Of a stretch of DNA of 33,539 nucleotides, positions 1 through 9,546 are shown in pieces. Each line of letters starts with the position of its first letter. Position 1 is the first letter of the stretch. Source of the stretch: Octopus bimaculoides (Eukaryota); the NCBI RefSeq assembly GCF_001194135.2, contig NC_069009.1, positions 11,553,319-11,586,857 on the forward strand, given 5' to 3'. The notes beneath the pieces were generated by a model. The model searched no databases. It had not been told where the DNA came from and saw nothing but the letters and a program-made list of their open reading frames with translations. The position numbers and the translations under genes were made by a program.

Positions 1-240
1 TTGACTCCTCTTCGCCAGACGAAGATACATTATTGGGCATCTTGCCAGAAATTACTGTTTCCTCCATAGGAGAAACACACGATAGTTTTCAAACGAAGAC
101 TATCACACAATAGTTATGACAAGAACACACAAAAACAGTCAATGGAAACTTGCACTTACTGTATAGACGCACTCAAATAACTAGTAACAATCCAATCTCA
201 CGGAGTCGCTACACCGCTAAGCATTTCAACCGGTGTCACA

Positions 241-300
241 CAGACGAAATACCGTTAAGCATTTCGCCCGGCGTGCTAACGATTCTGCCAGCTCGCCGCC
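241..300 (-). mobile_element. 5' (tRNA-like head) fragment of a SINE, same family as 20106-20301
   Basis: CAGACGAAATACCG..CATTTCGCCCGGCGTGCTAACG.TTCTGCCAGCT is near-identical to 20248-20301. Confidence 0.75.
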
Positions 301-597
301 ATATTAAACACAAATATTACAACTTACGCCAAACTTTTCGAACAACGCACAAACATACACGAACAAGTCGAGATGATTGTAACATGTTTCTTTATTACCT
401 ATAAAAGGTATACATAGACGGGACGAACAAGGACACTTACAACATATAATTGGTGTTACAATCAGATACTTTTAAAATAATCTTATAATAACATAATGAG
501 ATCGGATCATTAAATCGAATGGCGTTAAAAATTAAATGATTATAAATAGTTATGTATGAAAAATAGATTTTGGGGGTTTTATTTAACCCGCCAGTGT

Positions 598-712
598 ATT
601 TTCTTTTTCAATAATTTTGTTTTTCTTTTTTTTTCAATAATTTTTTGTTTTTTTTTTCAATAATTTTGTTTTTCTTTTTTTCAATAATCTTGTTTTTCTT
701 TTTTTTTTCTCT
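598..712 (-). repeat. Four tandem ~25-bp A-rich units at the LINE 3' end
   Basis: Plus strand (T)nCAATAATTTTGTTTTTC(T)n repeated four times. Confidence 0.8.
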
Positions 713-3300
713 TCTATTCGCTTTTAACCGGCTATACTAGCTCGGTCCCATTTGTTCGCAGCATCCTTACTATAGGCATCTATCTTTTCCTAAATACATT
801 TTGAGACAGGGACTTTCTCCCTAGAGGGTTCTTGCTTAGCAAGTGATAGTTGAAATAACTAACCAGCCCGCGTCCAGAGATAAGGTTGCCTGTCTCAGTT
901 CCTTTTCTACGCGTCATCCACAATGTATGTTTCAGTATGGCTACTACACAGAAAAAAGGCGCTTCCGTTTCCTTGTTAAAGGAGGAAGACGCTACGATCT
1001 TGATGATGGACTCAGCCGATAGCTGTACTCTTTCTGTCTCCAGCGTCAGCTGTTCCACATCAACCCCCTCAGTTCTACACATTGCACGAAGGCGTGCGTA
1101 ACAGTTTCACTGTCCCACCCGCATCTCGAGCAGATGGAGGGGGACGCCAAACCCATGCCTTGACAGCCTCTCGAACAGATAAAGCCGATCAGTAGCCCAA
1201 CCAAGCTAGGGATTTCTGGAAGTTATCCAGATACTCCGGCCCGAATGTCTCTATCGAACCCTAGAGCCACTCCCAGGACGTCGTCAGACTTGTGCTCTAC
1301 CAACCCACTATAAAAATCCACAGTGGTAGCCCCGCTGCCGGTATTACTCGCCCAGGAGAGCAGAATGAGTGCTTGTCTGCACTCATCTGCCATTCGCCCG
1401 TTCTAGGTCTACGCCTGATCCATGGGCCTAAGTCCCGTAGGGATGTTAATTGCGAGAAAAGGAACTTAATGTGCGGTGACCACAGCCTCAGCCTCGGTGC
1501 AAATTTGCGTATCATCAGCCACAGCATCCCTAATCCACCCTTTAACGATTTTTGGCAGCAGATGGAGCACCTCACAAGCGGTGATTTCCCTTCCGCAAAA
1601 AGCGGAATAGGAGCCGTTCCAACTTGTTTAGCCACAGCTTGGAGCAACGCACGACGGTTAGGCGGTAGATTATCACAGATGCTATAAATACATGTGCAAC
1701 CTTCACCCTCCGTAGCAAGGTTAACATTCTCCCAGACCAGGTGTGGGTTAGGGCAGTCACCTTACTTGTGACCTCGCTTTAGTTTTTCTCCATCTGGAGA
1801 TCTGGCCCAAACCAGACTCCGAGGAGTTTAACCAAGCCCTCCGTCCAACGTCCTACGACGCTGTTAGGAGGCATCGACTTGCCTCTCCAGGTGCCGAGTT
1901 GAAAGTCGACTGATTTTTCCTGGTTAACTTTTGCCCCTACCACCGCTTCGTATCTTTTGATAGTGTCTTCTACACGAGGTAGCTGCCCTTCATCAGACAT
2001 GATGATGGTGACATCATCCGCGGACGCCATCGCTCCTCTACCGTATCACAGATCACGTGGATCGCCCCCCGAAGCCTCAACCTCCGCAGCTGTAGCTCAA
2101 GAGCCAATATATACAAAAGCGGGGACGGGGCAACCCTGGCAAACTGAACGGTCAATCGCGTATGACTTCGAGAGGAAACCGTTCACCCGTTCGATTGACT
2201 CGATGTCGCTATACATAGCATTGATCCAGGCACGGAAAGTCGGGCCCAGTCCGACCGCCGCCAGATACCGATGGTCAACCCTATCGAATGCCTTAGACCA
2301 GTCCAAAGTCACTAGTGCCCCACTCTTGCAAGGAACTTTACTAACCCACTCTATGGTGTAGCGGATGAGGTGAAGGTTGTCCTATATCGTCCTTCCTGGG
2401 ATGGCGCATGTTTGCGCCTCTCCCACCAGGTCGCCTACGACAAACCTCATTCTCTTGGCTAACACCTTGGCCAAAATCTTTAACTCTGTGCTTAGCAGAG
2501 TTATGGGCCTGAAATTATTAATGATATCCTCTTTACTAGGGTCCTTCCGGCTCTCCCGAACAACGCGGCGAAGTGCTCGTAAAAGGCCTTACACATCTCT
2601 TCCTGTCCTTGGATCACACGTCCATGCTCATCCACCAAAGACATTATCGTAGCTTCAATGCCACGTTGAGTTTCTACCGAGTGAGCCCACCCGGCCTCGT
2701 TGATACCCTCGTGGCCCAGTGCACGTACTTTTGCCCGAAGCCTGCACCCTTCGTGTTTGGCATTGAGGCCCAAGACCGATTTCACCACCAAAACTCGGGG
2801 TGCAGAGCCCACTCTCAGCGCCTCTTCTAATACCTTAACTAATTTCCATTCTACTCTAGCCTGTTCTAGATTCAACTGCTTGCTGAATCTAATCGACTCA
2901 AGTCGAATGGCTCGTTTGAGGGCACACCACCACCGGTTATTTAACACAGTGCCGGTTAATGCCCTCATTACTGACTTCCTAATCTGACTACGGTAAGCTT
3001 CCAGTATCCAGACCCTGTCTATGTCTTTTATCTGTATGCATCTTAATCGGCACTAATTTGTGATCTGTATAGGAGACATAGATAAATTGTGGACAGCTAA
3101 AACTAGACTTATCTCCAGAATTAACTATAATCCTATCTATGTAAGACCTGATTGATCTGTTGTTGTCACTCGAAGTCTACATTGGAACGCTAGGATAATC
3201 AAGTCTCTATCGATCTGCCAGTCTAAATCACTTCAGCGGATCGACGAGGTGTGAGTTACTTTCACTATTGTTTGAGCACACGCTATCCTGGCTTGCATCT
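598..3300 (-). mobile_element. 5'-truncated, decayed L1/Tx1-clade LINE: end of APE endonuclease, RT, C-terminus and A-rich 3' region
   Basis: Minus-strand translation across stops and frameshifts: RSYIDRII and SYTDHKLV (APE), GYWKL, LDWSKAFDRVDH, QGCP and SPLLYILALE, SADD (decayed YADD, 2013-2024), AKVNQEKS, C-terminal LKHTLWMTR..KSLSQNVFRKR ending at 780. Confidence 0.9.
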
Positions 3301-3304
3301 TTTC

Positions 3305-3411
3305 TCATTAGGAAAGAAAGATGGTTTAACGTTTCGAGCAGACGCTCTTCTTCGGAAACAGAGGAAAGTCCAATAGAAGGGCACACGGAAGAAGAAAATC
3401 ACTAACCATTT

Positions 3412-3412
<1 letters not shown>
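3305..3412 (-). mobile_element. Short dispersed repeat with a degenerate minimal hammerhead motif (Penelope pLTR/retrozyme-like); same family as 18985-19160 and 22385-22590
   Basis: Reverse complement aligns with 18985-19080; motif GUUU-CCGAAGA-A-GAGC gucu GCUC-GAAA-CGUU-AAAC at 3359-3324. Confidence 0.7.
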
Positions 3413-3414
<2 letters not shown>

Positions 3415-3455
<41 letters not shown>

Positions 3456-3509
3456 NNNNNNNNNNNNNNNNNNNNNNNNNNNNNNNNNNNNNNNNNNNNN
3501 TATATATAT
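3415..3509. repeat. (TA)n microsatellite spanning an N-gap
   Basis: Direct reading. Confidence 0.95.
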
Positions 3510-3510
3510 T

Positions 3511-3910
3511 TGATGGCCGTCCACTCGTGACCGAGGAAGACCATTGATGACCTTTAGGAACATTGTGTGCTCTAGAACTAACTTATATTTTGCATTTGTA
3601 GCTCCGACAACCATACATGACAGCAAACATTGCAAACCAAACTTTCCCCATGCACTTTCGAGCTGCACTCTTAAGTCCTTCGTGCAGAATACGTGTTCTC
3701 CAAAAGGTGTCGACCCCTCCTTAACCTGCTTCCTCCGTCTTTGGTGATGACAGACATTGCTCTCCCAGTCGGGCTCCTGCATATCACAGGCCTTTAATGA
3801 GGACTTCACGCAGTCCTTAAATCGCAGCCTTGGTTTCTACTGGGGTCTCTTTCAGGCTGTAGAGAGCAACTGATTCCTTCCGGTCTCTTGAGTCTCATAT
3901 CTAGTCCCAG
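3511..3910 (-). mobile_element. RTE-clade LINE 3' end with tail
   Basis: KPRLRFKDCVKSSLKACDMQEPDWES; tail ATGGTCTTCCTCGGTCACGAGTGGACGGCCATCA resembles the tails at 17341-17374 and 33399-33432. Confidence 0.8.
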
Positions 3911-3924
3911 CATGGCATCACAAG

Positions 3925-4250
3925 GCAAACAAAAAGTGCTGGGTACCGTATATGTGCACTGATATCACTCCATTACTCATGATGTGTGACATGGACCCTT
4001 TGCAAACGTCATGTAAAGACCCTTGAACGCTTCCACCAGAGATGTCTGTGACACATTCTGAATGTTGGCTAGAATTTAAACACTCCAGACACACGTCTTG
4101 AGGAGAGCTGATATCTGGAGTATTGAGGCAATGGTGCACAAGCACCGTGTTACGTTGGACTGGACATCTTATTAGAATGAAGGATAGCAGGATCCCTAAA
4201 CATATGCTATATAGGTAACTTGTTAGTAGAAAGAATCTAAGGCTCCGATA
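3925..4250 (+). mobile_element. RTE-clade LINE RT C-terminal fragment
   Basis: TWTLCKRHVKTLERFHQRCL*HIL ... RWTGHLIRMKDSRIPKHMLY, typical of RTE/BovB-like RT. Confidence 0.85.
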
Positions 4251-4322
4251 TATATATATATATGTATATGCATGCATACATACGTGCATACATACGTACA
4301 TACATACATACATGCATACCTA
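4250..4322. repeat. (TA)n/(TACA)n microsatellite
   Basis: Direct reading. Confidence 0.9.
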
Positions 4323-5119
4323 CAAACAGCTCAAAGATTGTCAAAGTAATTTTCATATTTTAATAGCATCGAAGACAAAATATGTTGACCATGGGTAGGT
4401 AGTCAAATCTATCAAAGAATAAAACTACAGAAAAATAATGATGATATAGCTGAGGAGAGTTCTAGACTTGAAGGAGTAACATGAAGTCACAAATAATTAA
4501 TCCTTTCAGAATGACACAAGATAAAAAGAAAAGAAATATAATGGGTTTACTTCTACTTTGAAGAATATTGAAAGAATACCTTTCCGCTTAATTTGTGAGG
4601 ATCGTTTGGGATTTGAAAATATATAGCCATCAAAAATTCGAAACATTTTGATTCAAGGCATTCCTTTTATAGCAGTAAACCTATTGAATTGTTTTGAAAG
4701 GCTTTTGGAATGTTTCAAGACACAGAAGCAATCTCTTGAGAATCCTATTCACTCTATCGACACGGTGAATTACTTAATGGAATCACATGAAACTGCTCAC
4801 TTTGTTTCAAGACATAACGCAAATATTAAACAGAATCAGTGAAGAACAATTCAAACAATTGAAATTATTCAAGAAAAAATATGCAGATGAATCAAAGAAA
4901 GATCGTCTGTCAAATAATACTTTTAATGGTGGTTAATTGGAGCAAATTATTGGAAGATTTTTTAAATAGTCTCCAAATATTTTTAAGAAATAGTCTCCAA
5001 AGATTTTTAAAATAGCCTCCAAATATGCAATTCAATTAGATGAAATAAGTAAAAATACAGAGTATAGCAACATAGAATAGGGTCCAGAAACACTTTTATT
5101 GTCGATCGCTAGAAGGAAA

Positions 5120-5300
5120 TTATTTTTCAGAAGATATCTTGATCCCCGAGAGAGCAGCCAAAGCATAACTGGTAGACCTTCTTGATTTCACTTGTGATGA
5201 CACGTTGCTGAGCTTTGGTGGTAAATGAACCACAGACATGATAAAATATATCAGAGAAAGAAACCTTGGCTGATATAGCATTTCTGCAGTGTTATGAGGT
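5120..5300 (-). mobile_element. N-terminal fragment of a DNA transposase, Chapaev3-like (family name tentative)
   Basis: DIFYHVCGSFTTKAQQRVITSEIKKVYQLCFGCSLGDQD resembles the FCYxCG..YFGxKLGDQDK motif; family assignment is from recalled motif only. Confidence 0.6.
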
Positions 5301-5369
5301 TCAATTATAATTATTATCATTATTAAGATTCAGTAGTTGCTTTTTCTGTGACAAAATGACATCTAATTT

Positions 5370-5610
5370 CAGCAAACTTTTATTGAGAACAGAAGTGTGA
5401 TGAATCTCAAATGGGGGAGTTTCGAACCAATTGCTAGAACTTTAACAAAATGAAGTCAAAATATTCCTGTTGGGATAAAATTCAGATTTATTTCACAATG
5501 AAGAATCGTTATACAAATGATTCTATTTGTTAGACATTGTTGGACAACTTAATAAACTTAATATGTCTGTACAAGGGGAAAACAGTGAAATTTCTTATTT
5601 AAATAAAAGA
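5370..5610 (+). mobile_element. hAT (Buster/SPIN-like) transposase fragment
   Basis: LLLRTEV**ISNGGV..LLEL*QNEVKIFL (decayed LLxHTEVRWLSxG) and YLLDIVGQLNKLNMSVQGEN. Confidence 0.8.
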
Positions 5611-7300
5611 CCTTCATTTAGGGAAAATGAAACACATGGTGAATCGCAAAGACAGGTGCCACTTCCTCGCAGCTGAATTTCATCGAAATACCTGCGCATC
5701 TGTCTCAATCTTCCACCAAGGTGCCGAGGCTTAAAGTACATGTCAGTTGTGGGTGGAAATTCACTGTGATTGTCTCTCTTCGGTGAGGATGGTTCTGAGG
5801 TTTGGGTAGGGCTGCAACGTAACCCTCTGCCCTGGTTAGGTCAATCGCCAGTTGCGCGCTCTTGTTTGTATCTGTCATACAGTTACTCTTTCAGCCGATC
5901 TTACTTTAGTCGTCGGACGAAGAGAGAAATGCAGACGTTTGTCACGTCCCATCAGACAGGATGCTTCGTCCTGGGATCGACTGACGAATACGTGATTAAG
6001 GACCCTTCTCCAGCGGCTGACCAGTCAAGGTTGTGTGGCCTACTGTTTGGGTTGGTAGCATTGGGACAGCTATGAACAGGCTGGTCGCAATATATTGGAT
6101 GAATTTCGACGATTATGAAGAGGATGCACACGAAGTCAGGTCGGATCACCGTGTACGTACGCGTGTGTATGTGCGTGCGCGCGCACGGTTACATGTCACT
6201 AGCTTGCTCACTTGATTGAGTAATGTGGACGGTGAGCGGCGGGTGGGAGGACCTCTCTCTGTCTGCCAAAAATTACTCTTTTCCTCGTTCTCCTACCAAT
6301 GGCGGTGTGCCAGCGCTGGAATGCCAGTCCGTCTGTCCTTTCCAAAGAAGCAGCGACCCTCTGTCGATTCGCATACCGCCGTTACTCGCCAAATAAAAGG
6401 AATCTTTAGTCATTTGGACGACTATTTTTTCAAACAATTCCAGACTAAAATGGTCGCTTGCTTACGATTTGCCTTGCCATTTGAAGTGACGTGCATAGAA
6501 CAGCTATCATACTTCCATCTCTGAAGTCACTTTTCGGGAACACAACAGTCTGTACAAATAAACGCGGTGTGGTGCCCTCCTGCAACCCGGCTACTCTTTC
6601 TACAGTCCTCGCTTTCGCTAGCGATGAGACACTGATTTATGTCGATCAAGTGACGACAATCTTGGCATCTTTCATGCTTGCTTACAATCCGGAGGTTCGA
6701 GAGTGATGGCACCCATCGTATGATTCTCCGTCAAGCTACATTCCATTTAGATTCCCTCGGAAAGTAGAATAAGAAGCGTACGTGTGAAAATAAATCAAAA
6801 TTGTTTGATGTCGAAGGTAAAGTAAATCCGTTGAGGTTTGAAAGTGTGCAAGCTCCAACCGTTTATGATAGGTACCTATCTTAAACTTGTAGAGATTTTG
6901 TCGTATCATCATTTTGTTGTATCACTGTGCCCCAGAAAAATGGGTACATTTTTAAGGAAATTTTCCAGCTCGTACCTTTCGTACGGTGTAGGGTTACAGT
7001 GGAATTTGTTGTGATAAAATATAAAAAAGAAGATTAGTGGATGTGCACACACATGTTGGATGTTGTCCAACGATACCAGTTAATCGTTCATAGACGTCGA
7101 GATGCGGTGCCAAACCGAAAGAAAACGGCACCATCGGCCACCGCTCGGCTTTCCATGTGTCGAAGTAACACCACTGGCCCAAATTCTGAAGCAAATAACT
7201 TCAGAGGATTACTTCATTTCATAATTTTATTTTCAGTCGGGATGTTTACACACAAGATGCTGATGTTATTAAAAATGCAGAAAACCTCTTTGAACAAAAT

Positions 7301-7668
7301 AGGTGCAGGAGTGGCTGTGTGGTAAGTAGCTTGCTTACCAACCACATGGTTCTGGGTTCAGTCCCACTGCGTGACACCTTGGGTAAGTGTCTTCTACTAT
7401 AGCCTCGAGCCGACCAAAGCCTTGTAAGTGGATTTGGTAGACGCAAACTGAAAGAAGCCAGTCGTATATATGTATGTATGTATGTGTGTGTGTGTGTGAG
7501 TGTGTGTCTGTATGTCTGTGTTTGTCCACCCAACATCGCTTGACAACCGATGCTGGTGTGTTTAGTTCCCCGTAACTTAGCGGTTCGGCAAAGACAACCG
7601 ATAGAATAAGTACTAGGCTTACAAAGAATAAGTCCAGGGGGCGATTTGCTAGACTAAACGCGGTGCTC
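7301..7668 (+). mobile_element. tRNA-derived CORE-type SINE (octopus OR-like), 3'-truncated
   Basis: tRNA-like head GGAGTGGCTGTGTGGTAAG..GGGTTCAGTCCC, CORE-like CACCTTGGGTAAGTG, internal TG tract; same family as 24827-25270 and 31093-31483. Confidence 0.9.
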
Positions 7669-8191
7669 TTTTGTAATGGAAACAAAATAATAGTTATATA
7701 ATTAGAAGCTCCCTCAAGTGGACTAAATCGTTCCAGAATTGCGGGGAACAAATTATAGTCGAAGGGGGATAATCCGAATTTGCTCCCTGATTCCAATCAA
7801 GGGAAATCACTCATCTTAAGTTACGATTCTTGTTTTTTGCGTCATTGCTACACATACATACTGACACACATAACATATACATCAACAAAATGTAACGTGG
7901 AGTTTCGAGCAACAATGTGATGTGAATCAATGTATATGTGTATATTAAATTCCGATTTCAAAAATGAGTGTAGAAAATGTTCATTAAACAAAACTCATTT
8001 TCTTGAAAATGATGAGAGAACTAAGTCGGGGAGGGAAACGCTTGTATAATTATATCTCTTTTACATTATGTTATATTTAGTTTCTGTTGTAAAACAGATT
8101 CTGGTTAGCAAAATACAAAATATTGAAACGACAACGTTTAAAGAATAAAGGAATTTTATAAGAGTAACTGTCCGTTGTGTCTTATTACTAA

Positions 8192-8201
8192 CGCATGCGC
8201 A
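8192..8201. promoter_or_regulatory. NRF1/Ewg-like motif CGCATGCGCA
   Basis: Match to the GCGCATGCGC consensus in TE-free DNA ~830 bp downstream of the predicted TSS. Confidence 0.35.
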
Positions 8202-8225
8202 CTAGCTATGTTTACAGTGTCTTAC

Positions 8226-8288
8226 ATTTCGAAGACTTTCGTCGTTATTTTACTTCTTCAACAACGAAAAACACATTTACAATAATAT
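8226..8288 (-). other. Candidate 63-nt non-coding (5' UTR) exon
   Basis: Acceptor TCCTTACAG|A and donor AT|GTAAGA; stops in all three frames. Confidence 0.3.
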
Positions 8289-8701
8289 CTGTAAGGACGA
8301 TCGTGCGAACTTAAAAAGGAGAAATGGTGACGAATGGAAAAAACAGAGGACTCCTTTTATTTAAACGTGTCACACGGTCGAACACAAAATATTATATCAA
8401 AGATGATATACATGATGTTATACGACGATAACATAGATGACCAGTAATGAAAGACCACAACCGTATTAGATGAATAACAGAGATATTTATTATGGCGTTA
8501 AAGATGTATGTCTGTGTGTGAGTGTGAATGCGACATATAAGAACATAATCAAAGAAAAGTATGTATGTGAGTGATACATGTGTGTGTATGTGAGTTATTA
8601 CAGCAGATGGAAAGAGAGTCAATAACACGTGAGCAATTATACCAGNNNNNNNNNNNNNNNNNNNNNNNNNNNNNNNNNNNNNNNNNNNNNNNNNNNNNNN
8701 N

Positions 8702-9035
8702 GTGATGTCGTGGCATCGATGCCGGGCCGTGATTCTTGTTATACAGATGTTCGTCGCTGGCTGAGATCTCTTGTCTGTTTATTTATCGTGGTGAAGCTGA
8801 GTCACCTAACAGAATCGAAGAGAGAGATGTGCCGCGGTGGTTTGGTTTGGTGTACATAGAAAGTCGTGTAGACGCTGGTGGAGATTGATGCTGGTTAGTA
8901 GTAATCGTAGAATCGTGTTGCTGATATGGCGACGGCGGTGGTCATCGTTGGCTGGACGAAGCTGTTGAAGTGGTCGCTGGCTGATTGTTGCTGCTGCTGT
9001 CGTGTGGTACACGGAACAGTATCTATAGAGAAATT
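8702..9035 (-). other. Probable first exon/5' leader of an unidentified Pol II gene, with two short uORFs (8945-8895, 16 aa; 8857-8783, 24 aa) and a third ATG at 8716 running into the N-gap
   Basis: Begins at the predicted Inr; CpG- and CAG/CAA-rich, TE-free; uORFs MTTAVAISATRFYDYY* and MYTKPNHRGTSLSSILLGDSASPR*; AP-1-like TGAGTCA at 8798-8804. Confidence 0.55.
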
Positions 9036-9202
9036 GGACCGAGACCAATTTGTTGATCTATTTATAGCGAATTATCGGCTCACAAGAGATCAGAAATATA
9101 CTCTATCACGTGACCTTATTAAGGGCTGTGATTGGTCAGTTTGCGTTCTGGCGGGAACGGTTCGAAGAAGTTGTCGCTTCGAATATCAATCAGTCACGTG
9201 AT
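9031..9202 (-). promoter_or_regulatory. Pol II promoter: TATA box, Inr, CCAAT box and two E-boxes
   Basis: TATAAATA at 9066-9059; Inr CCA(+1)ATTT with +1 at 9035, 31 nt from the TATA T; GACCAATCAC with CCAAT at 9135-9131; GTCACGTGAT at 9114-9105 (minus) and 9193-9202 (plus). Confidence 0.7.
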
Positions 9203-9546
9203 GACAAGGAATGGGTTCTCTGCTACGCTCGCGTTTGTTTATATTTAAATGAGAAGAATGGCGATAGCAGTTTTGTATCTAGTGACGATAGGTAGTTTCA
9301 CTACATTACAATAATATCCTTTATAGAATCTCGGCAGTCTGTTAGTTTAGGGCACGAATTAATCGGAACTAACATTTCCGAGGTATACTTCTCTTTTATA
9401 AATATGCTGCTAATGTCAATGAACCAAAACTGAAAACAACAGCCATATCTTAGAGATATTTTCTGATTTTCCTTAACAGGATTCTGTATATGTTGACTAG
9501 AAACTAATTAACATATTAAACTAATTAATAATCAATCACATAATTA

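Noticed and set aside
1-450. Possible LTR/gag start on the minus strand (MPNNVSSSGEEES at the window edge)
   Set aside because: Too short and truncated, with no PBS or TSD evidence.
886-2987. Plus-strand ORFs (886-1101, 1292-1687, 1957-2361, 2377-2652, 2573-2830, 2700-2987)
   Set aside because: They are antisense shadows of the minus-strand Tx1 LINE ORF2.
4380-4930. Lys/Glu-rich broken frames (including ORF 4648-4842)
   Set aside because: No recognisable motif or splice signals; may be decayed TE but cannot be supported.
6724-6745. Minus-strand TGGAATGTA and GACGGAGAA resembling the 5' parts of miR-1 and miR-184
   Set aside because: Only 9-nt matches and no precursor hairpin.
8237-8271. 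miR-981-like TTCGTTGTTGAAGAAG with a small hairpin (minus strand)
   Set aside because: Several mismatches and only an ~11-bp stem, too short for a pre-miRNA.
9153-9183. GAA/TTC triplets suggesting a heat-shock element in the promoter
   Set aside because: Triplets are spaced by 3 nt, not the 2 nt required for nGAAn arrays.
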